Origin: Dimorphilus gyrociliatus
Taxonomy: Eukaryota; Animalia; Annelida
Direction of reading: 5' to 3'
Length of the DNA stretch: 64,000 nucleotides
Assembly: GCA_904063045.1 (NCBI GenBank)
Contig: CAJFCJ010000020.1
Coordinates: forward strand, 302,916 to 366,915
The position numbers and the translations under genes are program-made. Positions 38,443-50,148 of this stretch are shown here, one piece after another. Positions within the stretch are counted from its first letter, which is position 1; each line of letters starts with the position of its first letter. The notes beneath the pieces are model-generated. The model worked only from the letters and a program-made list of their open reading frames with translations. It made no database searches and was not told the origin of the DNA.

Positions 38443-39226
38443 TATTCTTTACTTCATAATTAACAAAAATTATGCTTGATAAAAAGCCAAAATATATTAG
38501 CTACAAAAGGAGTAAGAAAATTAATCTGAAATTGACTTTTAGTTGTAATGTTAAAACGAAAATGGCGCCTAAAGTTGAACAGATGTTCAATTGTGACCAT
38601 TAAACTTGAACTTTCGACGCTATTCATCAGCAGCTCAAAGGGATGAAAATGTTTTATTTATCAAATTATAATCGATATGCAAACCCATATATTTAGTAAC
38701 AAATATTTATCAATTTTAAACATAACCCTCTCTCTACATTTCAATTTTTATTTAGATAACAGATAGTGAGAAAGTATATAGAAAAAAATAGGCTAAAAGC
38801 AATAATTACATAAACGGTATTTGTCAGGAAAAAACATCATTCGATGCTACTTGATTATTGCTAAGTTATCATTTTAGAATCCAGGTAAAAAATGACTGTA
38901 TTCAAAAAAATATGTGACAGGTGTGTCAAAAATCTAATGTGTTTATGAGCTATGAGTTTGTCTATTGCAATATACTGAATGTATATAATATAGGTATATA
39001 AACTAAATCGTAGGCCCCCGCAAATTTCTCATGAGTCAGCAATGAAACCGCCTCACGAAAACAACCTGCAATGTACCAGCTGTTTTATTGGATAAACGTG
39101 AAATTTTTAACTAACAAGAGAAGAAAATCAATTTAAAAGTATATTCGATCATTTTTTTACATCTGTTGAAAAAATTCACTCTCCCACATATTTAGTGGTT
39201 CATTTATGCAAGTTATATCACACAGC

Positions 39227-41703
39227 ATGTTGGCGAGTATATTCCATTGTCTCCGATTTAGGTCGGTTATAACTTTCTTCCTCCTTGTCTTTATTGTTAA
39301 AACTTCTGCAGGTAATTTGATTTGAGCTTCTTATTTGTTTTTTTTTAATAGAAATATTCATAATTATCGTCCGGTGATGTTTTTGCCCTTAGATCAATTG
39401 GCCCTTAGTGAACCTAAACAATGTGAAACTAATCTTGATTGCAAAACCAAGCATAGCTACTGCAAGGTTATGGATACTTCAACTGGTACATCGCAAGGAA
39501 ATACTCCTCCTACAACAATAGGTCAAGGACAGACAACTTCCATGCATATCTCAACTGCTGGAATCACTAAAAGCAATTCAGAAACAACAAAAATTGCAAC
39601 TACGAAGGCAGATGAGCTGACAACGCAAAGTGAGACGATCAATGAAACGACTACGGGAATAGCTGTGAAACCGACAACTGTTGTCGAAATAACGACTCAA
39701 AACACTCATAGCCAGGCTATAACCACTGAAGGTTCTGAAAATCACACAGAGGGAACAACGACAAACGAAACTATTAGTGAGTTAACAACCAATAAAGAAT
39801 TTACTTCCAGAGCTACTCAAACGACTGATAAAACCGGGATATCTACAACGATGAATAATGTAATCAGCACAGAAAAACAGATTACAGAGCAGTTTACCAC
39901 TGAGAAAGCAGTACTTGAAAGAACTACGTACAGTCCTTCGCCAATAAAAAGATGCGTTTGTGATAGTTCAGCAGGCTGGTTCAAAGATGGAGATACTTGT
40001 AGTGAGTTCTTTTAAAAAATAATCAATTGATTAAATTCTACCATATGTATTTATTTATTCATGAATATTATATATGCTTTATTTCGTATTGATATTCCAT
40101 TAATACTATTACTTTATCAGAAAACTATGCAGACCTATACGACCCTTGTAGTTCAATAACAATATGCAAAGTAAGACATTCCCATTGTGTCTTTGATGGT
40201 GTCAACGTACAAGGAAAAAGATGTAAATGTAAAACTGGTTATATAGATGTTCAGCATAATGGTACTCTGACCTGTGGTCAAATTATAACGCATTACGATG
40301 ACCCTACATGCAGTATATGTGAAAAGCATGAAGGTATTTGTTATAGTTCAACCGGAAACGGCAGACGAGACGGCTGTAAATGTAAAAGTTCAAGACAAGG
40401 CGTTGACTGCGAGAAATTATTGGGTAAAGAAGTTAATAATTAATCGCTTAGTTCATAAATTCTATTATTCATATTCTATTCAGTGAACGTCTATTGCTCC
40501 GTTCCCGCTAACACAATGACAATTTGTTTCAAGCCAACAAATCGATTCAATTTTAAAACTGGAAATTCTGTTTTGCATGCTAAAGGTAAAGGTAAAGATG
40601 AAGCATGCAAGGGAAAGCCAGCAGACAAAGATTCAATATGTGATAAAGATTCAATAGCACTTGTCTTATCTTGGAAAGAAGAAAATAGACGTCGTTGTGG
40701 AACAAATCACTATACTGACGGAAAAGGGGAAAGAACTTACGATAATGTTATTGTTGCAGCTGAGGATTCAAAAATAAATACACAAAATGATTTGTATTTC
40801 AACACATATTGCAAATTTAGGAATTATGTTCAAAACACATTTAAAGGCATTGCAGTTCATGCGTTAGTTTTAATATGATATTAATTGTTTCGTATTAAAG
40901 TATGTTTTTGTTTATAGAGTGCCGGGAAATGACAGAGGGGAAACGAAATTGCCAAATTTACAATTTGCAGCCGAATTTCAAACTGGAAAGCTTATTGATC
41001 CTTCGTATCCTGTTAGAGTAGGGGATAAAATTCGTTTGATAATAAAAATGACAGATGTGGAAAGTTATTCTGCAATTCTTGTTACGGAAATGACAGCGTC
41101 TAGTTCATTCACTAAACCTGATCCTAAAGCGGTAACAGTTCCACTTATTATGAATGGTTGCCCTTACGAGAACCAAAAAACATTTACTAATGAAAACATG
41201 TGGAAAGTCGCACACAACGATCCTCGTCAGCTAAGAACTGGTCTTATACGAATGTTCAAACTTTCAAAGGGTAGTTCTGTTTTCTTTCACTCAACTGTAA
41301 GAATCTGTCTTATAGGAGAAGAAATAAAATGTAAATTAGTGAGTATTGCACTTTCTCAATTATTTAATCCGAATTTTTTACTTTGTAATTATTTTTGCAG
41401 CATAACTGTACATGGCCACTTCAAAAACAACAGTCTAGGCGCAAAAAGAGAGCTTTAAAGACATCGGAAGAAATAGATACTCTAGAACTCAGATGGTATG
41501 AAGATACTGGAAACTCAAGTAACGGCGGATTAACAGCTTTATTTTGTGTAATTGCCATAGCAACTCTGGCTTTAATCGGAATAACCGTCTTTTTTGTAAT
41601 AACCAAGAAAAAGATAACTTTTAAGAAACCTGAAGTTTGGACAACTCTACCGCAAAGATTTGCTATACCAAGATTAGATCAAAATAAGCATATTAGAATG
41701 TAA
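39227..41703 (+). CDS. Cys-rich/EGF plus ZP-domain type I membrane protein with a Thr-rich mucin tract (~699 aa)
   Basis: Exons 39227-39311, 39393-40001, 40121-40423, 40484-40862, 40918-41338, 41401-41703 (2100 nt). Furin site RRKKR, TM and short tail; clear paralog of the minus-strand gene (VRVGD..R.II, PLI..GCP..NQ.TF, TG.I..FK.S.GS..F.H). Confidence 0.9.
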
Positions 41704-42081
41704 GCAAGGAGGTTGATGAAAAGAAAGAAGAATGGCCTCATTTAAAACTATTTTTTTCGATTTGTCAGAATTAAATAATTAGTGTATGAGTGGTTCATTC
41801 AATATTTTTATAGGCGTAAAGTTATATATGATCAAATTTTCTATGCAAATGCTCGTCAATATTTAATCAGTATGTTTTCACCCCACAAAGAGCTAGTAAA
41901 GGAGCTACCTTAATAAAATGTACTCTTTTTTAAAAAACATAGAGTTGCTTGCCCTATGCATAATTGACCAACCGGAACTTGAAGTGATATAAAATAAAAA
42001 ATATTAATGAATTTATCGATTACTCTTGTTTTTATACAACAATATTTATGTCATTCTCATTCAATCTTTAGAAGAGAGATC

Positions 42082-42957
42082 ATGTCTGACTTCTTTTATG
42101 AAAACGAATCAAGAACTTCGTCGCCGAAACAACCGAGATGGCGTACAAAGATAAGCCCCACTGACAGATTTAGTGCAGAGAGATCCTCTCTGAGGAGCAC
42201 GAAAAGTAATCCAGCCGCAACCATTCATGTCAAACCTAAAGAACCCTTACGCAAAACGAAAAGTTTACCTACATCTAACACGGAAGGCTGGAATAAGACT
42301 AAGGAAGATTTGAGAAAGAAAGTACTCTTGAAAATGGATGAATCCGTTCGTCTCAAAAGGGAAAAGGAGGCAATTTGTTTGATAGAGGAGCAGCGACGGG
42401 AAGAGAAATTAAGAAAAGAGAAAGAAGAAAAACAGGAGAAGGTTCTCAAATTACAAGCCATTAGGGGTCAAATAGAAGAAGAAAAGACAGTCGTATACAA
42501 TGTAGTAAGTCATATAAATGATGACAAAGAGGAAGAAAAGCTATTTATGAAGTTATTTATAAAAAAAATGCTAAGTAATCCCAGAGCAAAAATGATACTA
42601 CAAAATTTCGTTTTAAAATACAAGCAAAGTCAAAAGGAACAAGAGAAAATGTTAGAAAAGGAAAAAGAAGAAGCTACAAACGAAAAAGCAATGGGGAAAA
42701 TAGCAAAGATTTACTCGGACTCCGAAGGAAAGACGCCAAAATTCATGGAAAAGACAAATTTTCCAAGTACGTGTTTCTTACCCGAATTGGAAAAGAAGCC
42801 AGTTTTCAGGACCTCATCAGTGGATAGTGACATGAAAGATATGTCAAAACAAGAGCTACGTCAATACGTACAGGCTTTACATAAAATTGTTGACGGAGAT
42901 ATTAAAAGCTTGGTAAAAGGTCAGAAAAAGGCTGAAAAAACAGATAAATTGAATTGA
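42082..42957 (+). CDS. Uncharacterised Lys/Glu-rich coiled-coil protein (~291 aa)
   Basis: Long uninterrupted ORF in AT-rich DNA; the first true ATG is at 42082. Helical charged runs; family not recognised. Confidence 0.75.
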   Translation: MSDFFYENESRTSSPKQPRWRTKISPTDRFSAERSSLRSTKSNPAATIHVKPKEPLRKTKSLPTSNTEGWNKTKEDLRKKVLLKMDESVRLKREKEAICLIEEQRREEKLRKEKEEKQEKVLKLQAIRGQIEEEKTVVYNVVSHINDDKEEEKLFMKLFIKKMLSNPRAKMILQNFVLKYKQSQKEQEKMLEKEKEEATNEKAMGKIAKIYSDSEGKTPKFMEKTNFPSTCFLPELEKKPVFRTSSVDSDMKDMSKQELRQYVQALHKIVDGDIKSLVKGQKKAEKTDKLN

Positions 42958-44382
42958 TTACTTGTAAAAAGATTCTTTAACTAATTTTCATATCTAATGA
43001 GTAGAATAGACGGATATTCTCAATTATGTGAATTGTTTCTATTGACTTATTTCATCTAATTATTTTAATTGCATGATGAGAATTTATACCAATACATATT
43101 GTAATATACACAATTTATCCTTTATTATAATAATTAAAACTTATGTAATATATTTATTAGTAAATAGGTGGCGACACCATGTGACATTAAATTTTTGCGA
43201 CACCTAGGTAGTAGAGTTACCTCTTCAATATTTATCGCAAACCTTTTAAACGACTTAAACGCGTAATGAAAAGACTTCTTACGTTCATAAAAAACACAAT
43301 TTAACCTCCGTAACATTATTGTAATAGTAATTCAGTTATAATAAAAAATACCAAGTGTTCGCATATACTATACGCATTTCATTGACAGTAATCTATAAAC
43401 ATATTTGTAAGTATTCTTAGGTAAATGACAAAAAAACAAAGCCTATATAATTAAAATAGATCTTAGACTAGACAAGTTCTTAAAATTAATTAATTACTAT
43501 GTAAAGTATATATATATCACTACTCAAGTGATTTGTGTATGAAAATGAAAAAAAATGGGAGTGAATATTATGAAAGAGTTTTATACTCTTACAAATTTTA
43601 TACTCCTTGTCGAGCATAAACAACGTAATTCATTTGCTAAAAGTTCTAATAAAAGGTAAAATTGTAATTTTTCGTTAGTTTCAAAAGGTATAATAATATA
43701 TCAACCTTTCAATACTACCCAACGTAGAGATTAAAAAAAAAGCATGTAGGACTAGCACACACCGAAGCTGACCGTAGCTGGACATTGGCAACGTTCCATT
43801 ATGTAATATTGCACAATCTGGGTCATGGGTTAGCCGACTTTCGCGTTGCAGGAGTGTCGGTAGATAATTAAAGTATTTCTATCCCAAATTTTTGCTAAAA
43901 AGTAGCCTATTAATGGCAAATCGGATATGTTCCGGACTGTTTTTAGTACTGCAGGCTTGAGCGGTGTCGGTAAATATTTAGAAAGATTGAATAATAGCAG
44001 CTAAAAATAGTTTTCCATGTCCTCCCGCTACCCCTACTAAACAAAGGAGCACATTGCGTCTAATGCACATCAAGTTGAATCATGCCAACTGAAAGTTAGT
44101 ACTCGTTCTCAGTGTAAAAAGCTCTCTTCTAAGAAGACTCTGCGAAAAAATTTGGACCTGTTATCGGTCATAAAGGATCAATATTTCGTTCCTCTTTCTG
44201 CATATACACAGGAATCACTGGAGTAAGGAGAAGATCGTAAATATTTCCAGATAATTAGCAAAAACATAGGAATATTGGACAACTAATACAGGGAAAACGC
44301 AAAGTGTATTGTAGATAGAAGGAGGGAAGTTTAGTCCTTTCTTATTCTTTTTACTTAGTAAATAAGGAAAAGAAGGAAGAAT

Positions 44383-46414
44383 ATGACCGATGCAAGTTCC
44401 GCTTATTTCGGGGGTCATGGCTATGACACTGCTGCTCAAGATCACTATAGTTCGACGGCCGCTCCGAATTCTGCAGGTGAATTAATTATATAATTGTTTG
44501 TAACTACTCACTTATATAATTTGCAATAAGTTGGAATAACAAAACTTTTTGTCCCTAAAAGCGGACGTAAAAAATGGCTACTACTCAAACGATTATGGAA
44601 ATCCCGAAGCCATCCACCCAGGTCTCAACATGGATCCCATGAGTGAAAGTTATATAGGTTCTTATTTTTCCCTTCTTTTTTTCTTTGTGAACACATATAG
44701 GTGGCGCCAACTTTATTTAGTTAATAATATTATTTTTATTAATGATATATAGATAAACTACCCAACCCTATAAATACTATATTTTCAAACCCACTAAAAT
44801 GCATATTACACTTATTTACCGTAACATTTTTCAAAGTATGATAAATAATTAAAGGGCAAAGTTTCTACATATTAAGCAAAATTAATAGGTAAAAATCGTA
44901 TTAAAACGCCTAAACAGCTGAACGTACATACGAAGAACAGGTGTAGGTAGTTTTAATTAGTAAATATATTATTCCTTCTTTTAGAAAAAAAGCGCAAGAA
45001 CGAATTTATTATAATAAATTCCATGTGACGTCACTATATTTAAAATGACTATATAAGACGCCGAGTCCGTAATGCAGGACCGCTATGATTCGTACTGAAG
45101 AAAACATGACTAGAAATCCATTTTTTTTCCCCTGGACAAACTTTCCCAACTTATACTCCTATAACAATTACCTTAAAGCAAGTGACGACTGCGTTTCAAT
45201 TCTGTTAGGTAAATATATAAGTTGTTACGTAAACCTAAAAATTTGTTGTTACAATGAAAAAAAAAGTGCGCCAATGGTGTTAGTGCTCCTTCCTACTAAA
45301 TCATCCATTTCCCTTCCCTTACTTAAAGATCCTTTCTTTAAATATAGGATCGAAGAAAGAACCGTGCCTCGATAGTATACCTAGGCAATTGTGCGAAAAG
45401 TCACTGGGTCGCCCAACCTTTGGAATGAAGACTCTAGAAGCGCCGACGACTCCAGTCGTTAATTCCCTACAAATTGCTGCAGGTACTAATAGGAGTACAT
45501 ATAAATAATAAGTAAAAGCGAGACGGGGGTAGAGAGACGTGTAATAATCAAACAAAAAGCTTGTAAACTAAGAAGCCATCAGCCAATCGGCAGTGTTAAT
45601 GACTAGTGAAGAAGGATACTAAAAGAACGAGTCCTTTAATGTGTCTGATGAGGAACGCCTAATGTTTTGTTAAAGCTATAACGAACTATCACTTCTTCAA
45701 CTCGCTTAATAAGTAGTCCCTTTGCCAATCGTACGTTTCAGCTTTAATGCGACAAATACGTATACCATATTGTTTCTATAGGCGCTAATTTATAAGGTGA
45801 TTAAAAGATGCTGTCTAGACAGTCTCGTATTTCTACAGATCGTACGAAAACTTGTTTATTAAAGGGTTGCGGTTGTTTTTTTTATACTTTGTATAATTCT
45901 ATAGCTTATCTTACTACATTCCCGCATAGCGCTTAAACTCACTGAGCGGACCTACTTTTATATTTTTTTTATAATTCAATTTCTTAGAAAAAGCTGTAAA
46001 CATCCTGGAATTTACAGCAAGATGGCTTTAAAAAATATAATTAGATAAGGAACTTAGTTGCGCCTAAGTTTATCTATTGATTTGTTCGAAACAGGTCAGT
46101 CACCTGCATTAGCTCACGCTTTAGCTCTCACTTCAGGTAGACCGAATCGTCCTCGGTCAGAAAAGAAATCCGTACCAGAGGATTTGAAGGACGATAAATA
46201 TTTCGAGCGTCGAAAGAGAAATAACCAGGCTGCAAAAAAGAGTCGAGAAGCAAGGAAAGCACGAGAAGACGAGATCGCAATACGAGCAAGTTTTTTGGAG
46301 AAGGAAAATGCGATACTAAGGGCACAAGTTGCGACTCTAAGGGAGGAAGCAAATTCTTTGAGACAGCTTTTGTTGCAGAAACGTTCTCAGCAGGTTCATC
46401 ACGGTACATCCTAA
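44383..46414 (+). CDS. PAR/CES-2-type bZIP transcription factor (~214 aa)
   Basis: Exons 44383-44476, 44562-44657, 45348-45482, 46095-46414 (all phase 1; 645 nt). bZIP KKSVPEDLKDDKYFERRKRNNQAAKKSREARKAREDEIAIRASFLEKENAILRAQVATLREE of the TEF/HLF/CES-2 group. Upstream exons are less certain than the bZIP exon. Confidence 0.85.
45025..45208 (+). promoter_or_regulatory. Probable alternative promoter (CRE palindrome plus TATA) and alternative first coding exon of the bZIP gene
   Basis: GTGACGTCAC at 45025-45034, TATAAG at 45052-45057, ATG at 45085, open frame to a phase-1 donor TTA G|gtaaat at 45208 that fits exon 45348. Confidence 0.55.
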
Positions 46415-46859
46415 AAGTTTTAGAACAGACGTTAATTCACGTGCTGAGTCTATGTGCTTTTTTGAAAATCTGTTAAAAATAATTGATAGTTTTAAGATTT
46501 ATATTGCCTGTATAACATATAGATTGATGTACGTTGCATATTACAAACTTTAAAAAATTGCACAATACCTATCTATTACTTTGCTTTAGTATTTAACTTT
46601 TTATTGATTTGTTACAATTCTTTTCTTATTTATTTATTCTTTTTCGCCTTAAACTCCGGCAAGAGATACTTAATATTCGTGAATTTTTTTTAACTATTTA
46701 ATGACCAACTTCTCGTGATTTACGTTTTAAGAGATTCTTTTAAGTAAAAGTTTAATAATGGTACGAAAGTATCTTTTAAAGTCTCGTTTGAATTTATCGA
46801 TAAGCAAATATTTCAAACTACTTGAAACGGACTCCCTCTTGATGTACTTTTCGTTGGAG

Positions 46860-46873
46860 CCACTAGATGGCGC
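46860..46873 (+). promoter_or_regulatory. CTCF-like motif CCACTAGATGGCGC (best of about a dozen similar sites)
   Basis: Matches the established CTCF core. Weaker copies at 82, 4218, 6905(-), 7821(-), 10279, 21633, 26651, 26978, 43165, 44697, 47591(-) and 51323(-). Confidence 0.6.
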
Positions 46874-49253
46874 AGTTTACAATTTAATGTTAATGATATC
46901 AAACAGAATACCATCTGTTGCCCGTACACTAAAACTAAAAGTTACATTACTCTTTATTCTGTAATACTAAACATATTAAACAAGATAGTGAACGCTATTG
47001 TCTACACAAAAAAAAAGCATTGTTCACGTTAAAATTTGTCCTGTAGGTCTATCTAAATTGCTGACTTGAACTTCGTTAAAATCTAAAACTATTATAACTT
47101 TGTTGTAATTAATGAATCAAAAAATACAATTAACTTTTTAAACAGAATAATAGATATTCATTGATTGTTTCCTTTTTAATTAGTATAAAAGAAATATTAT
47201 TAAATCATTTGGTTTTAATTTTAAAAGGCTTAAAAATTCTCTTCCTAATTCATCCCTCATTTTCTTTTCTTTAATTTATATGGTCTTGTAAAAATTCTGA
47301 AAGAAGTATATTATTAAGACGACTTATAATTAAGTAAAAGTGCTAATTTTGGGACATTTTTATCATCTTTATATCAATTAGAATTTCATTTGTAATCTTC
47401 TAGTGAAAGATATAAAGCCTCTTAATTATTTAAAATATATGAAATTTATAATATATATAATGAGCAGAAAAGACGAGCCAAAATGGGATAAGCTGGAAAT
47501 TTTCTAACTCGTTTCATTTATAATTGACGGACCGGAGAGATTTTGTCTATCCCCAAGTAAAAGTAAAAGTGTAAAAAAAAATATCTGTAAGCGCCATCTC
47601 CCGTGAAATTTAAAAAACAACTGCAAAAGTTTACAAAATATTGCTTTTGTTATGTTTTGTTTTTTCATAATTGATTTAACACGAATATATTTAAACTAAT
47701 TGTGAAACTAATAAAATTAAAATAGATCAAAAAAAAACACGACTGACAAATAAAAACAGAATTTGCTCATCAATTTTCTTTTAAAGGAGAGAACTAAACG
47801 TTGAAATGTTCACCTCTATTTCTCAAATACTTTTTACTGTCCTCCAGCAGGAATAATCTTATGGATATTCTGTTGGGAAATATTAAAAGTAACCATTAAT
47901 AAGGATAAGTTCAAAGAGATAAGGAATAAAAGGAAATAAAATTGTTAAGTGTTAATAATGACAAACTTTCTTATTTATCCTTCAGAGATGACATCACGTT
48001 ATAGTAGGAAGTTTTATAGCATTCCCTCATTATTCTTCGTGTTTCCATCTGTTAAAAGTAAGAGGTGAAAGTAATTTGTATTATTGTTAGGAGTCAAATT
48101 CATTATTGGTAGTATATTTAATAATAGCTTTATGTACATTGACCTTACAAGAATTAAACAAAGTTGGCATTTTAAAAGAATAGAATTGAGTTGCTGAAAT
48201 AACGGCTTGTGAGTACTTTGGGTGAAAATGATTATGGGTAATCCTAAATAATACGTTAATTAAATCCTAATATAAATATATTTTCCATGAATATACAAAA
48301 GTATATCCAACTTCAGAAGATCAGACAGGATTTAGTGGACTTGGTGTGATGCAGCAGGTCTAAATTGATTATTCTGCACTTTGACGATGGATATAGAGGT
48401 ATAATATAACTCTCGTCGGATTGTAGATTAAGACTTTTGTACTTTTGAAATCTATGTGAAATTGATAATCTAAATATTATGATTATTTACTATAATATTA
48501 GTTAATGAATATTTCAGATTATAAATAGCTTTAATGCATGGCATATTGAAAGACTTATATTTAATCTATGGATGCAAAGGTATTAAATGTAATTCCTTTA
48601 TTATTTAAGAAAAAATTTAAAGGTATAACTTCTATGACACAAAGTTAATTAGAATTTTTACAGTAAACGTTACATATAGTGAATGTTTATGTATATGTTT
48701 TTGTTATACAGTTTGTGCTTATTATTCTTTATAAATGTCAAGTTAAATCTACTACTTTAATGTCAGTATCAAGGTCTTTTTTGATGATTTTCTATTACGT
48801 ATAGAAGAGAAATTCAATATATCTTTTAAGAACCTATCAAACAATCAGAAGAGTCTTACTATGCATTCTTTTTGTTCGGAATCAATGCAATACTATTACA
48901 ATGTTGGATGGAAGAGGTCATCAAAAACAAGAGAAATAACCCTTGCTTCGAGACACTTCTTTTCGCTAAATCTGTTGGGTTAATATATTGGTAGGCCGGA
49001 AAACTAGGACTTGGAATCATCTTTTTTTTTTTAGTTGACAAATCCGAATATTAATATTCATCCGAAAAATATTTCCTTTATATCTTTATACTATTATTAG
49101 AATTCATAAGGAGTGTTTGGCAAACAATTGTTTTATGCCATAAATTATACGATCTTACTATTATAAAACATTTTTTCATACTCATTTTCAATTATAATTA
49201 TCACAATATCTTTGTATATTATAAATAAAATTGTTATAAAAGTGATACATTAC

Positions 49254-49469
49254 CTCGATCAGTTTAGAAATGAGTTTCGTTAAGGAAGGTCGTACTTTGC
49301 AAGGAAATTCTGAATTTTCACCATCATTTAATTTGGTTGGAGTGAAGAAAGTACTCCTTTTTCCTGCTTGCCAACCGTTGGAAAAGTGATAATTTTGGCT
49401 GTTTGCTTGCTCTATTTGATATACGGTGACCAACAGCAAGAGTACGGAAATTAATTGTATACTATTCAT
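49254..49469 (-). CDS. GnRH/corazonin-type neuropeptide precursor, main coding exon; peptide pQNYHFSNGWQA-amide
   Basis: Signal peptide, then QNYHFSNGWQAGKR, matching molluscan/annelid 'GnRH' (corazonin-type) peptides. Associated peptide C..RP....I.KLIE, then a phase-0 donor at 49253. 5' UTR acceptor at 49502 and donor at 49992. The final coding exon could not be resolved. Confidence 0.93.
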
Positions 49470-50087
49470 GTTGAAATTCTTTCAGTAAAAGTTTGGATAT
49501 CCTGTAGATTTTCGTTTCTATTAAATGACAAAATATATATGCATCATTTCATAAGAGAGTGAGCATAATATAAGTGATGGAAATTCAATTTAATAAATAA
49601 TATTTGTCCTAGTAGGTCATATACTTGAGAAAATTTATTACGAATTTTCGTAGAGACGCCTTTAGTCACGAACTATAAACTTAAGCAAAAAAAGCTTTAA
49701 TTTTGCCAAGTATTCCATCTATACCAATAGTAGATTAGGAAAATTTGTCTTATACATTATAGAGTAAATGGAGTAGTGAATGTCCAAATATTTTGAAAAT
49801 CGTTCATATTTATGCTGACTCTACGAAAGCTATTTTTTTCAATATTTACAAAGTGGAAATGAAAGAATAACAAAAGAATTAAGTGATAAGGAAACAAACA
49901 AACACACAAAAAAGGCAACAAAATATCAAAATAAAGACTTCTTTCAGTAAACTACAAACTATAAAATATAATAAAGTAATAATTATACTTACGTGTTGTA
50001 ACTCTCAATTGCTACTGGAATATTTGGAATGTAGAAAGTTCCGGAAATGTTTTTATCCTCGTGATTAGACGCAAGTTTCTAAAGTCA

Positions 50088-50148
50088 TTATTTAAGGCAT
50101 ATAGCATATTCCTTAGTCGTGGGCTTGTAATGACGTCACATCACGTGA
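50088..50148 (-). promoter_or_regulatory. Promoter of the GnRH/corazonin-like gene: E-box, CRE and TATA-like element
   Basis: TCACGTGA 50141-50148, TGACGTCA 50131-50138, TTAAATAA (minus) 50095-50088, upstream of the non-coding exon ending at 49993. Confidence 0.55.

Noticed and set aside
43141-43807. Single TTATGTAA D-box-like sites (43141, 43799; also 30255)
   Set aside because: Several are expected by chance in 64 kb of AT-rich DNA.
48859-49041. ORF with LAKRS motif downstream of the GnRH-like exon
   Set aside because: Cannot be joined convincingly in phase 0 and lacks the expected associated-peptide pattern.
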